DNA from: an uncultured Gammaproteobacteria bacterium
Lineage (GTDB): Bacteria > Patescibacteriota > Patescibacteriia > VMEV01 > CAYQCH01
Assembly: GCA_964503955.1 (NCBI GenBank)
Contig: CAZDCG010000001.1
Location: forward strand, 173,804 to 237,803
Reading direction: 5' to 3'
DNA: 64,000 bases
Shown: positions 43,896 through 52,923 of the stretch, piece after piece
Layout: each line of letters starts with the position of its first letter
Numbering within the stretch: position 1 is the first letter of the stretch
Notes under the pieces: generated by a model
Database searches by the model: none
What the model saw: only the letters and a program-made list of their open reading frames with translations
Told to the model about the DNA's origin: nothing
Program-made: the position numbers and the translations under genes

Positions 43896-44534
43896 ATGCC
43901 TCATAAAAAAGTCGCCCTATGGCTGATGACCGCCCTTCTCCTCGGCGGCGTAGCCGGATATTGCGCAAACGGACTTAAAGACACAGAAAACCCTCTTTCA
44001 AGCAAGAGCGTTGAACTCTACAGCACCATGCGCAAGCTCTGGGCGGATCATGTGATCTGGACGCGCGAGTACATTGTGAGCGCCATCGACAATGCGGACG
44101 ACACGAATTTCGCAGCGGAACGCTTGATGAGAAACCAGGAAGATATCGGAGCGGCGATTGTTCCCTTTTACGGCGAAGAAGCCGGAGCTGAATTAACGCG
44201 TCTTCTTAAAGAACATATTTCCATTGCCGTGGAATTGATTGACGCGGCCAAAACAAACAACCAGGCGGGCTATCATGAAGCTGATCATCGATGGACCCAA
44301 AACGCGCAAGATATCGCTGTCTTCTTAAGCAAGGCAAATCCTCATTGGCCTGAGCAGGCTTTGGTGGAAACAATGAATATGCATTTAAAGACCACCACGG
44401 ATGAAGCGGTTGCAAGGCTCAATAAAGATTACGTCAAAGATATTGAAGCCTTCGACATGGTTTTTCACCACATCATGGAAATGTCCGACCAGATTGCCGC
44501 AGGAGTGATCAAGCAATTTCCGGAAAAATTCTGA
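43896..44534 (+). CDS. hypothetical exported helical protein
   Basis: The 212-aa ORF has an N-terminal signal/anchor (VALWLMTALLLGGVAGYC). Its all-helical His/Glu-rich body may be ferritin-like. Confidence 0.5.
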   Translation: MPHKKVALWLMTALLLGGVAGYCANGLKDTENPLSSKSVELYSTMRKLWADHVIWTREYIVSAIDNADDTNFAAERLMRNQEDIGAAIVPFYGEEAGAELTRLLKEHISIAVELIDAAKTNNQAGYHEADHRWTQNAQDIAVFLSKANPHWPEQALVETMNMHLKTTTDEAVARLNKDYVKDIEAFDMVFHHIMEMSDQIAAGVIKQFPEKF

Positions 44535-44601
44535 TTATTGTTGAGTTTGCGGCAAAAATCAGTATACTCATGTCATACGTTTTCCATTAACCCCCGCCGC
44601 A

Positions 44602-44913
44602 ATGCTGTCTGATCAGGAAATCGCAAAAGTGAAAAAATACCTGAACGGAAAAGATCAGAATCTCGCTGAAACCTTCAAACTCTTAAGCGACCCTAATCGC
44701 TGCAAGATGTTTCGCGCGCTCGCAAAGCATAAGCAGATTTCAGTCAGCGACGCGGCAAACATCCTCGACATCTCTCTCCCGCTGGCTTCCCAGCACCTCA
44801 AAATTCTCTACCAGGGAGATCTCCTGGCAAAAAAGAAAGAAGGGCAATCCGTCTATTACAGTCTTAACGAACATAACCCGTTCGTAGATTCCATTCTGCG
44901 AGCGATCAATTGA
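44602..44913 (+). CDS. ArsR/SmtB family HTH regulator
   Basis: FKLLSDPNRCKMFRALAKHKQISVSDAANILDISLPLASQHLKILYQGDLL. Confidence 0.8.
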   Translation: MLSDQEIAKVKKYLNGKDQNLAETFKLLSDPNRCKMFRALAKHKQISVSDAANILDISLPLASQHLKILYQGDLLAKKKEGQSVYYSLNEHNPFVDSILRAIN

Positions 44914-44914
44914 T

Positions 44915-45625
44915 ATGCGAACGAAATTCATCACAGGAGAAGAAATCGCCAATAGCACCATGGCCTTCTCTTTTGAAAAGCCCGAAGGCTTTTCGCACCG
45001 AGCAGGCCAATCCATTGATATAACCTTGATCAATCCGCCTGAAACCGACCAGGAAGGCAATACCAGAGCTTTTTCCCTTGTCTCTACCCCGGAAGAAAAC
45101 AACCTGGTCATCGCAACGCGCATGCGCGACACCGCGTTCAAGCGCGTGCTTAAAACCATGCAACCCGGCACTGAAGTGGAAATCACCGAAGCATTAGGTT
45201 CATTTACCCTGCACAACGATACTTCCAAACCAGCTGTTTTTCTCACCGGAGGCATTGGTATTACGCCGGTCCGCTCAATCATCAAAGACGCAACCAACCG
45301 CAATCTCCCGCATGAACTCTTCTTGTTCTACTCCAACAAACGGCCGCAAGACGCAGCTTTCCTTGCTGAGCTGGAAGAACTAGCAGACAAAAACCCCAAA
45401 TTTACCCTCATCCCTACCATGACCGACCTGCCGGAGGATGACGCTGATTGGACGGGCGAACGCGGCTATATCACGGCGGAAATGATTAAACAGTATTTCA
45501 CTGGCAAAGATGCCGTTTGGTATCTCACCGGACCGGCCGGCATGGTCAAGGCCATGCGCGAAGTCTTAGGGCAATTACAGGCCGACGAAGACTTCATCAG
45601 AACCGAAGAGTTCGCCGGGTACTGA
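44915..45625 (+). CDS. FAD/NAD(P)-binding oxidoreductase (ferredoxin-NADP reductase-like)
   Basis: It has the RAFSLVS (RxYS-type FAD-binding) motif and VFLTGGIGITPVRS (NAD-binding) motif. It starts 2 nt after the ArsR stop. Confidence 0.8.
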   Translation: MRTKFITGEEIANSTMAFSFEKPEGFSHRAGQSIDITLINPPETDQEGNTRAFSLVSTPEENNLVIATRMRDTAFKRVLKTMQPGTEVEITEALGSFTLHNDTSKPAVFLTGGIGITPVRSIIKDATNRNLPHELFLFYSNKRPQDAAFLAELEELADKNPKFTLIPTMTDLPEDDADWTGERGYITAEMIKQYFTGKDAVWYLTGPAGMVKAMREVLGQLQADEDFIRTEEFAGY

Positions 45626-45875
45626 TGTCCCTCGTCAAAAGAACATGCAAAAAGCAAGGGAAACCTTGCTTTTTTGCTGCCTGAGCATGCATCTTGGTAT
45701 GATTCTTACGCATCTTAAAGCTCCTGGGATGCATCGCATCGCGGCAGACAGAAAGCTCCTGCCGGGAACACCCAAAGCTTTCTGGCGTATTTGCGATCAT
45801 CACACGAACAGTTATCCATTCCATGATTAAACGGACAGCAAGGACCTGCCTCGAACGAAAAAACGCATAAGTACT

Positions 45876-46610
45876 ATGCCAGAGAAATTTTCACCATTTG
45901 CCCATCATCTCAAATCGGCGAATAAAGATTCAAAAGAAACCAGTGTCAAAGAGTTTCAAGCTCCCGCCGAGAAAAAACCTCGCCTCTCCGTTGTCAAAGA
46001 AATCATCTTTAACGATGCGACACCCCCTCCATCAAACTTTAAGCGTTCGCATGAACTCTTGATCGCTGGCGGATTGCAGAGATTTCTTCCCCAAACAGAA
46101 TTTGTGATTGGCCAAACAGAAAGCGGTCAAAAAGCGCTGTTTATCGCTCAGGAAAAAATTGAGGGGCAAACCCTGGAAGAGAACCCGAAACTAACCGAGA
46201 ATCAGAAAAAGGAGCTCCAGCGTTTATACGCCCTCTCTTTAAAAATGCTTTTAGCAACAATCGGATCAGAAAAGACCGTTGATTTCACGATCTCTACCGA
46301 TTTCTATGAAAAAGGATATACCAAGCCTCACAAGGAAGACGGTTTAATGCCCGAAATCTTCAAAGAATCTAATATCCTCGTGGGCAAAAAAGCCACCGAC
46401 AAGGTTGCGCACGTCTATCTCGTTGATAACCATTCATTGATATCGTTCAGGCAGGATGAAATGCGAGAGAATTCCTACGGTCTGTCTTTGCTCAAAGACT
46501 TTGTACGGCATAGATCAAGCGGACTTTACAAAGAAAACAGCAAGAACCAGCTTCATCGGTTGTATCTTGACATACAGAAGAAACTCCGTAACCATGAACC
46601 GACAGAATAG
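45876..46610 (+). CDS. hypothetical protein
   Basis: The 244-aa ORF has no recognisable domain. Confidence 0.45.
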   Translation: MPEKFSPFAHHLKSANKDSKETSVKEFQAPAEKKPRLSVVKEIIFNDATPPPSNFKRSHELLIAGGLQRFLPQTEFVIGQTESGQKALFIAQEKIEGQTLEENPKLTENQKKELQRLYALSLKMLLATIGSEKTVDFTISTDFYEKGYTKPHKEDGLMPEIFKESNILVGKKATDKVAHVYLVDNHSLISFRQDEMRENSYGLSLLKDFVRHRSSGLYKENSKNQLHRLYLDIQKKLRNHEPTE

Positions 46611-46618
46611 AGGGGGAA

Positions 46619-46939
46619 ATGACCGACGAAGAACGTCTCGTAAAGCTCGTTAAGAGAATCAACTCAGAATCGTACGGACCGGGGGATTTCCCTTCCGTCC
46701 AGCATCGTCTGGCCACCCTGTGGAAGGCATGCCTCGAACGAGAGGACTGGCCCATGGCCAAGGCTTTCGCCAATGCGTATCTGCGGGGTTTCCAAAAAGC
46801 GGGGTTTGACGTGAGCCAGCGTCTCCTCGAGGAAATCCTCGCCCTGCTGATCGAAAAGGCCCAGAACCCGGCTGACTACAACCTGCAGCCGGAAGGAGAA
46901 CTTCGCAAGGCTCTGAACGAGAGCCGGCACGCGGCCTGA
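46619..46939 (+). CDS. hypothetical protein (locally GC-rich, about 57%)
   Basis: The 106-aa ORF has a GC palindrome terminator downstream. Confidence 0.45.
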   Translation: MTDEERLVKLVKRINSESYGPGDFPSVQHRLATLWKACLEREDWPMAKAFANAYLRGFQKAGFDVSQRLLEEILALLIEKAQNPADYNLQPEGELRKALNESRHAA

Positions 46940-46952
46940 CAAAGGCCATTCC

Positions 46953-46995
46953 GTGCACGAAGGCGCGCCAGCCATTGAGCGGCGCGCCTTTTCTA
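46953..46995 (+). terminator. GC-palindrome terminator
   Basis: aaggcgcgcc agccattgagc ggcgcgcctttt, with a T-rich tail. Confidence 0.5.
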
Positions 46996-47049
46996 TTTAG
47001 CCGCATCATTCACGATCCTGCTATACTATGCTCAATTAATCATTCCTCT

Positions 47050-47463
47050 ATGACAGACATCAATCTTTGGGCAATTCTCGCCGCTGCAATCGCATCCATG
47101 ATTATCGGTTCCATTTGGTACGGTCCGCTTTTTGGCAAACAATTCATGGTTGCCACTGGTATGGACAAATGGACTCCTGAGCGGCAGGAAGCGGAGAAAA
47201 AGAACATGGGTAAACTCTACGGCATTCAGTTTGCAGCGAACCTCTTAATGTTCTTTGTTCTTGCATGGCTGATGACAAATCTTGGTCAATTGTCTCTAAC
47301 GGGCGGGCTTACCGCCGGATTCTGGAGCTGGCTTGGTTTTGTGATGCCCGTTCAGCTCGCCAATCAGCTTTGGGGAGGAAAAATGACTTTGTTCTGGATT
47401 GGGACTGGCAATATGCTTCTTACCCTCCTCGCGGCAGGAGCCATCATCGGATCTTGGGCTTAG
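47050..47463 (+). CDS. DUF1761 family membrane protein
   Basis: MTDINLWAILAAAIASMIIGSIWYGPLFGKQFM... It has 4 transmembrane helices. Confidence 0.7.
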   Translation: MTDINLWAILAAAIASMIIGSIWYGPLFGKQFMVATGMDKWTPERQEAEKKNMGKLYGIQFAANLLMFFVLAWLMTNLGQLSLTGGLTAGFWSWLGFVMPVQLANQLWGGKMTLFWIGTGNMLLTLLAAGAIIGSWA

Positions 47464-47540
47464 TAGTAATAGCAATAGTATTAGTTATAGTGATAGGGAT
47501 GGGCTCTGCCTATCACTAGCTATTGCTTTACCTAATACGA
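47464..47540 (+). other. stop-codon-periodic stretch (NNNTAG repeated about 6 times) forming a long imperfect hairpin
   Basis: tagtaatagcaatagtattagttatagtgataggg atgggctctg cctatcactagctattgcttta. The inner stem tagtgatagg/cctatcacta is 10 bp, and the outer stem is agcaatag/ctattgct. Confidence 0.4.
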
Positions 47541-47547
47541 AAACAGT

Positions 47548-47838
47548 ATGGCGCAAAAAGTCTGCAGCCGCGGGCATACCTTCAACCGAAGCAGCAGCTG
47601 TCCGGTCTGCCCCAAATGCTGGCCGGGGCAATACAAGGCGGCCGCAATGGACAGCGCTTTTGATAAGATCGGCGCACCGGCCCAACGCGCCCTTGCGCAG
47701 AACAAGATCCGCAAGCTTGAACAATTAGCGCGCCATACGGAAAGAGAAGTACTCTTGTGGCATGGAATCGGCCCGAAAGCAATTGGCTTGCTAAAAGCAG
47801 CTCTGAAACAGCGTGGCATCTCCTTTAAACGGGAATAA
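47548..47838 (+). CDS. hypothetical zinc-ribbon protein with a C-terminal HhH-like region
   Basis: CSRGHTFNRSSSCPVCPKC (C4 ribbon), then LLWHGIGPKAIGLLKAAL. Confidence 0.45.
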   Translation: MAQKVCSRGHTFNRSSSCPVCPKCWPGQYKAAAMDSAFDKIGAPAQRALAQNKIRKLEQLARHTEREVLLWHGIGPKAIGLLKAALKQRGISFKRE

Positions 47839-47897
47839 CCCTTGTCAAAAACAAAAAAACAGGTTATTCTGCGGGAAATTGATCAAACCCTACTCTT

Positions 47898-48008
47898 ATG
47901 AATAGCGCATTGCGAGGCCGCATCAAGCAGGCCAAGAAAAACACCAGGATGGGCAAGCGGCTTAAAGCAAGCACGCGAAAACGCCGGGTGATGAAAGAGA
48001 AACGATAA
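47898..48008 (+). CDS. possible 36-aa highly basic peptide
   Basis: MNSALRGRIKQAKKNTRMGKRLKASTRKRRVMKEKR. A terminator hairpin follows directly. It is below the ORF-track size cutoff. Confidence 0.25.
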   Translation: MNSALRGRIKQAKKNTRMGKRLKASTRKRRVMKEKR

Positions 48009-48011
48009 CCA

Positions 48012-48040
48012 AAAAGCAGCCCGAAAGGGCTGTTTTCGTA
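48012..48040 (+). terminator. Rho-independent terminator
   Basis: aaaagcagccc gaaa gggctgttttcg. Confidence 0.5.
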
Positions 48041-48101
48041 TGGATTGACAGAAAAACATATTTGCATTATACTTGATCAATCAAGTATTTATCACGTATT
48101 T

Positions 48102-48530
48102 ATGCAAACATCCTCACCCGTACAATTCTTCATGGCGCTGGCCAAATCGCATGCCGTGCTTTCTCATTTGTTTGACAGCTGCCTGAACGGCATTTCATTT
48201 ACGGAGTTTCTTATCCTCTATCATCTAAATCAGGCCGAAAACGAACAATTGCGCCGCGTGGATTTGGCGAAGAAAATTGGATTGACTCCTTCAGGCGTAA
48301 CCCGCATGCTCGCTCCTATGGAAAAAATCGGTTTAGTCAAAACCGCTCAGCCGCAGCAGGACGCTCGCGCGCGCTTTGTCCGATTATCTTCTGCCGGAAA
48401 AGCAAAAATGCAGGACGCGCTTGAACGGTTGGACAGCGTCGGCGAGGATATTCTTCCAGCTGACAAGCAGAAAATGAACGATTTAACCAAGTCTCTGGTT
48501 GACATTTCCGGCAAGGCGCTGATGCGTTAA
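48102..48530 (+). CDS. MarR family transcriptional regulator
   Basis: FTEFLILYHLNQAENEQLRRVDLAKKIGLTPSGVTRMLAPMEKIGLV. Confidence 0.8.
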   Translation: MQTSSPVQFFMALAKSHAVLSHLFDSCLNGISFTEFLILYHLNQAENEQLRRVDLAKKIGLTPSGVTRMLAPMEKIGLVKTAQPQQDARARFVRLSSAGKAKMQDALERLDSVGEDILPADKQKMNDLTKSLVDISGKALMR

Positions 48531-48591
48531 GCTTCAGCAGTTCATTCTCGATTAAGGGACAAAATGCTACTATCCAGGGGAAGTATGTTGA

Positions 48592-49215
48592 TTGAAACAA
48601 CCTATGTACACCTGCCCAATGCATCCGGAGGTCACCTCCGATATCAAAGGATCATGTCCAAAATGCGGCATGGCTCTTGTACAATATTCCACGGCAAAAT
48701 CCCAGCGTCATCATCAGGAAGGTAAAGGACTTGGCGGCACCACATGGAAGAGCTACCAGCCGCTTGCCGTCATTCTATCTCTGATTGTTCTCTGCGCGGC
48801 CATTGTTTCGCTGGAAAGTGAGCGCCCCCTTTCCTCATTTTTGCTTGCCACAATGACCGGGTTTTTTCTTGTCTTTGCGGGCTTTAAGCTCATTGACTTG
48901 AAAGGATTCGCGCAAGGCTATTCCACATACGACCTGCTCGCCCAGCGCTGGTTCGGGTATGGATATATCTACCCATTCATCGAACTGGGATTTGGCTTGC
49001 TCATGCTTGCCGGTTATCACCCTGACTGGCTCTTATGGTCAGAAGCCGGTCTGATGTCGTTTAGCGGACTTGGAGTAGCTCTCAAATTGGCCAAACGGGA
49101 ACGATTTACCTGTGCCTGCCTTGGAACATTCCTGAAAGTACCGCTTACCTATGTCACCCTGCTGGAAAACTTCGGCATGGCCGCAATCGCGCTCCTGCTT
49201 CTTTTCCTTCGTTAA
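48592..49215 (+). CDS. heavy-metal-binding (CPMHPE motif) domain fused to a MauE/DoxX-like membrane domain
   Basis: The N-terminus is YTCPMHPEVTSDIKGSCPKCGMAL. Four transmembrane helices follow, then a C-terminal CxC (FTCACLG). Confidence 0.6.
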   Translation: MKQPMYTCPMHPEVTSDIKGSCPKCGMALVQYSTAKSQRHHQEGKGLGGTTWKSYQPLAVILSLIVLCAAIVSLESERPLSSFLLATMTGFFLVFAGFKLIDLKGFAQGYSTYDLLAQRWFGYGYIYPFIELGFGLLMLAGYHPDWLLWSEAGLMSFSGLGVALKLAKRERFTCACLGTFLKVPLTYVTLLENFGMAAIALLLLFLR

Positions 49216-49226
49216 TACACCAAGCT

Positions 49227-50132
49227 ATGCAAAAAATTATTCCTCATCTCTGGTACGACAAAGAGGCAAAAGAAGCGGCGGAATTTTACACGTCGATTTT
49301 CCCGAATTCAAACGTTACAAGCACCGTAACGCTGCACGATACTCCCTCAGGCGACGCGCAGACCGTTTCTTTCGAACTGAACGGCCAAGAATTCATGGCG
49401 ATCAGCGCGGGTCCTTACTTCAAATTCAACCCGTCCATTTCCTTCATGGTTAACTTTGACCCCTCTCAAGACAAAAATGCGAAACAGCATTTGGACGAGG
49501 CCTGGAAGAAACTTTCCGAAGGAGGCCAGGTTCTTATGCCGCTTGATACATACCCGTTCAGCGAATACTATGGCTGGATTCAGGACAAGTACGGTCTCTC
49601 CTGGCAGCTCATGCTGACAAACCCTAAAGGAGAAGCGCGTCCCTTCATCATTCCTTCGCTCCTGTATGTGACGGATACCTGCGATAAAGCTGAAGAAGCA
49701 ACAAACTTTTATCTTTCTGTCTTTAACGACGCGAGGCGCGGGCAGCTGGTCCGCTACCCGGCCGGCATGGAGCCCAATAAAGAAGGGGCCATCATGTTCA
49801 CAGATTTTCAGCTTGAAAACCAGTGGTTCATGGCCATGGACGGCAGTAGCACAATGCACCATTTCGCGTTCAACGAAGCAGTTTCTTTCATGGTAAAATG
49901 CAGAGACCAGGAAGAGATCGATTATTACTGGGAGAAACTTTCAGCCGTCCCCGAAGCGGAACAATGCGGCTGGCTCAAAGACGCCTACGGCGTTTCCTGG
50001 CAGATCGCGCCGACGATTATGGACGATATGATGCGGAATGGAACCCAGAAACAAATCGCAAATGTCACGCAGGCTTTCCTGAGAATGAAAAAGTTCGATA
50101 TCAAAACCTTAGAAGAAGCCTTTAAACAATAA
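49227..50132 (+). CDS. tandem-domain VOC family protein (two PhnB-like glyoxalase-fold domains)
   Basis: IIPHLWYDKEAKEAAEFYTSIF... and IIPSLLYVTDTCDKAEEATNFYLSVF... are repeated halves. Confidence 0.8.
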   Translation: MQKIIPHLWYDKEAKEAAEFYTSIFPNSNVTSTVTLHDTPSGDAQTVSFELNGQEFMAISAGPYFKFNPSISFMVNFDPSQDKNAKQHLDEAWKKLSEGGQVLMPLDTYPFSEYYGWIQDKYGLSWQLMLTNPKGEARPFIIPSLLYVTDTCDKAEEATNFYLSVFNDARRGQLVRYPAGMEPNKEGAIMFTDFQLENQWFMAMDGSSTMHHFAFNEAVSFMVKCRDQEEIDYYWEKLSAVPEAEQCGWLKDAYGVSWQIAPTIMDDMMRNGTQKQIANVTQAFLRMKKFDIKTLEEAFKQ

Positions 50133-50136
50133 TCCT

Positions 50137-50571
50137 ATGTTTGCATCAAACAAAGAATCCTTTTTTACAAAAGCCTCCCAATCCACCTACTCTCTCCTGC
50201 GCATCGTCGCGGCATTCTTCTTTATCCAATTTGGAGGAATGAAACTGTTCGGTTGGTTCGGGGGCATGGATGGACAAGGCGCAGCCGCTGAACTGGCAAC
50301 ACTCATGGGCGCGGCCGGTATCTTAGAAGTATTTGGAGGAGCTCTCATTCTGCTTGGATTATTCACCAGGCCGGTTGCCTTTTTGCTCGCGGGTGAAATG
50401 GCTTTTGCTTATTTCCTCGGCCACTTTTCCATGGCATTTTGGCCGGTACAGAATGGCGGGATTGGAGCGGTTCTCTATTGTTTCCTCTTCCTGCATATGG
50501 CAGCCAAAGGCGCGGGAGGGTTCAGTCTCGATTCACGGCTTGATCGAAGGAAAATGGCAAAACAAGCCTAA
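50137..50571 (+). CDS. DoxX family membrane protein
   Basis: YSLLRIVAAFFFIQFGGMKLFGWFGG... It has 4 transmembrane helices. Confidence 0.8.
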   Translation: MFASNKESFFTKASQSTYSLLRIVAAFFFIQFGGMKLFGWFGGMDGQGAAAELATLMGAAGILEVFGGALILLGLFTRPVAFLLAGEMAFAYFLGHFSMAFWPVQNGGIGAVLYCFLFLHMAAKGAGGFSLDSRLDRRKMAKQA

Positions 50572-50584
50572 AATAAAAATGCCG

Positions 50585-50612
50585 CCCCTTTCATGGGGTG
50601 GTTTTCTTTTTG
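50585..50612. terminator. bidirectional terminator
   Basis: cccc tttcat gggg, followed by tggttttctttttg on the plus strand and CATTTTTATTTT on the minus strand. Confidence 0.5.
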
Positions 50613-50635
50613 TGCTGATTTTTTCATGGGTATCC

Positions 50636-50661
50636 CCTCCGGGAGCTCCCGCTCCCGGAGG
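50636..50661. repeat. perfect 11-bp-arm GC palindrome (cctccgggagc tccc gctcccggagg)
   Basis: Seen directly in the sequence. It lies in the 377-nt convergent intergenic region between the DoxX and rlu genes. Confidence 0.6.
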
Positions 50662-50948
50662 TACACCCATGACTGACCGCTAACCGACGTTGCCGCCGGC
50701 GAGCGGATTGGGAAGCGCAAAACGGCGCGTAGAACGCTTAGGCAGGACGGACGGCTGATCCCTCTTGGAATCGGCCGCTTCCTCATGCCGCCGCGCCTGC
50801 TTGCCGTCCTGAACATCTTGTGCCTGATCGTTGCGAGTAGATTCCGTGCCAGCCATAAACCCTCCCGCGGCTCCAGACAAGGAAAAGACAAGACCAAAAG
50901 CAATACATTTTGTTCCGGCCTTTCCTCCTTGTCAATGGTTCAGGAAGG

Positions 50949-51662
50949 CTATTTTTCCACAGAGCGCAGGCGGCGTTTGAGTGTTTTTACTTCGCCCGCG
51001 GAAAGCGGCCTTATCTCCCCTGCGGCAAGTTCGCCAAGCCTGACATTCATCACGCGGACACGCTTGAGCTTTTTGACTTCATAGCCAAGCTGCTCGCACA
51101 TGCGCCTGATCTGACGGTTTCTCCCTTCGGTAAGAACGATTGAAAATTGATTCTGGTTTAACTGCTTTACCTTCGCCGGCTTTGTTTTTTTGCCAAGGAT
51201 AACCATGCCTTTCGCCATGACGGCAAGATCCTGTTCTTTCAGCGGCTGTCTGACCGTGATAAGGTATTCCTTTTCATGATTGCCTTTCGGATGAGTGATT
51301 GCTTCCGCCAATACGCCGTCATTGGTCAGCAGCAAAAGTCCTTCTGAGGCAACATCTAGCCGGCCGACATGAAAGAGACGCTCCTGAAGCTTGAGAAAGG
51401 TCGCAATGGTATCCCGGCCGTTTGGATCAACCGATGAGAGAATGCCCACGGGTTTATAAAAAGCATAGTACTTGTATTCCGTTGGTTTGACCTGAAGAAA
51501 TTTGGCATCCACCTCGATTCGTTCATCGCCGCTGATAAGCATGCCTTTCTCCGCGATTCTCCCGTTCACGCGCACGCGGCCCGACGCAATGAGCTCGTCT
51601 GCACCCCGCCGCGACGCAATGCCCTGTTCGGCTAGAAATTTATTGATACGAATATAGGCCAT
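50949..51662 (-). CDS. RluB/RsuA-family pseudouridine synthase with S4 domain
   Basis: MAYIRINKFLAEQGIASRRGADELIASGRVRVNG (S4), then HVGRLDVASEGLLLLTNDG (catalytic Asp motif). Confidence 0.85.
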   Translation of the reverse strand: MAYIRINKFLAEQGIASRRGADELIASGRVRVNGRIAEKGMLISGDERIEVDAKFLQVKPTEYKYYAFYKPVGILSSVDPNGRDTIATFLKLQERLFHVGRLDVASEGLLLLTNDGVLAEAITHPKGNHEKEYLITVRQPLKEQDLAVMAKGMVILGKKTKPAKVKQLNQNQFSIVLTEGRNRQIRRMCEQLGYEVKKLKRVRVMNVRLGELAAGEIRPLSAGEVKTLKRRLRSVEK

Positions 51663-51777
51663 AGAATAGAATGTTCAAACGGTATCTGATTTTTCAAATA
51701 GGCGCAATCTCTTGAAAAGACCATTAAGCCGTTTTTTTGACGAAGATCTTGCCGCAACGTACGATACCGATTGAACC

Positions 51778-52887
51778 ATGATCAAAGAAAAGATCCAACA
51801 ATTCTTCTTCTTTCAAAAAACGAAGCAGCTCTATCGGCGCTTTGAGCGTTTTGTCATGCCGGCAACCCTGCTGCTTGGTTTGATGATTGATTTCTTCACG
51901 TTCAAAAACGTCAAGATCAGCACGGCTTTTCTTCTTCTTGGCCTGCACTTTCTTTGCGCGGGGCTCATCATTGCCTACCGCCAGCTCTATGACGCCAAAC
52001 GCATCCCGCGCTTGCTCCCCTTCCGTTACCTGCGGCTCTTTGCCCCCTTGCTGTTGCAGTTCTTTTTTGGCGCATTGCTTAGCGCCTCGTTTATTTTTTA
52101 CTGGTTCAGCGCGGCCGTTTCCGTGAGCTGGCCGTTTATTTTCCTCATTGCTTTTTTGATGGTTGCAAACGATGTCTTCCGTGAGTTCTATCTCAAACCG
52201 GTGGTTCAGGTCACGGTCTACTATTTTGTCACATTCTCCTTGTTCACGCTTGTCTTGCCATATCTGTCCCGTTCAATTGATGCACGCTATTTCCTCCTGT
52301 CCGGTTTGCTCAGCCTGGTTTTTATCAACCTGTACCTGCATCTTCTCTGGAAATTCGCCAAACAAATGCGCGCGCAGAGAAAGCAATATTTGTTTTCTAT
52401 AGCAGCCGTTTTTTTGGTTATGAATGCGGCCTATTTTTTCAATGTGATTCCTCCAATCCCCTTATCGCTGCGGGAAGCGGGCGTTTACCATGATATTCGC
52501 CGGCATGGTCCAAACTACATCCTGCAATCAGAGCAACAAACCCTGTTGCAAAAATTGGTTCCTGGACAAACCATCCATTGGCAGCCGGGAAGCCGCATAT
52601 CCGTTTTCACGTCCGTTTACGCGCCAACGGATTTTCGCGTCCCAATCACGCATCAATGGCAATACTATGACGAAAGCCGGGGACGCTGGATCAGCAAAGA
52701 CACGCTTTCCTTTCCTCTGACCGGCGGACGCCAAGACGGCTATCGGGGATATACCACAAAATCCGCGCTGGCTCCGGGCAGATGGCGCGTGAACGTGCAA
52801 ACATCACGTGGACAGGTGATAGGAAGGATTCGTTTTACCGTTGTTGAAACCGACCAGCCGCCTGTAGTGAAAGAAATTCTCCGTTAA
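51778..52887 (+). CDS. polytopic membrane protein with a C-terminal soluble domain
   Basis: The 369-aa ORF has 7-8 transmembrane helices. Its C-terminal 110 aa are hydrophilic (GQTIHWQPGSRISVFTSVYAPTDFRVPITHQWQYYDESRGRWISKD...). Confidence 0.55.
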   Translation: MIKEKIQQFFFFQKTKQLYRRFERFVMPATLLLGLMIDFFTFKNVKISTAFLLLGLHFLCAGLIIAYRQLYDAKRIPRLLPFRYLRLFAPLLLQFFFGALLSASFIFYWFSAAVSVSWPFIFLIAFLMVANDVFREFYLKPVVQVTVYYFVTFSLFTLVLPYLSRSIDARYFLLSGLLSLVFINLYLHLLWKFAKQMRAQRKQYLFSIAAVFLVMNAAYFFNVIPPIPLSLREAGVYHDIRRHGPNYILQSEQQTLLQKLVPGQTIHWQPGSRISVFTSVYAPTDFRVPITHQWQYYDESRGRWISKDTLSFPLTGGRQDGYRGYTTKSALAPGRWRVNVQTSRGQVIGRIRFTVVETDQPPVVKEILR

Positions 52888-52923
52888 GTATGTTATTCTT
52901 GTGAGCAGCATTACTTTTAACAC

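Noticed and set aside
47864-48080. Two overlapping minus-strand ORFs (67 and 65 aa)
   Set aside because: They are antisense to the small basic ORF and terminator region, they are hydrophobic nonsense without start context, and one crosses the terminator hairpin.
50785-51084. 99-aa plus ORF, plus minus ORFs 50568-50903 and 50680-50880
   Set aside because: The plus ORF overlaps the rluB-like gene on the opposite strand. The 111-aa minus ORF starts on a non-ATG codon and crosses a terminator. Only a shorter 58-codon internal frame with an RBS is retained, as a low-confidence finding.
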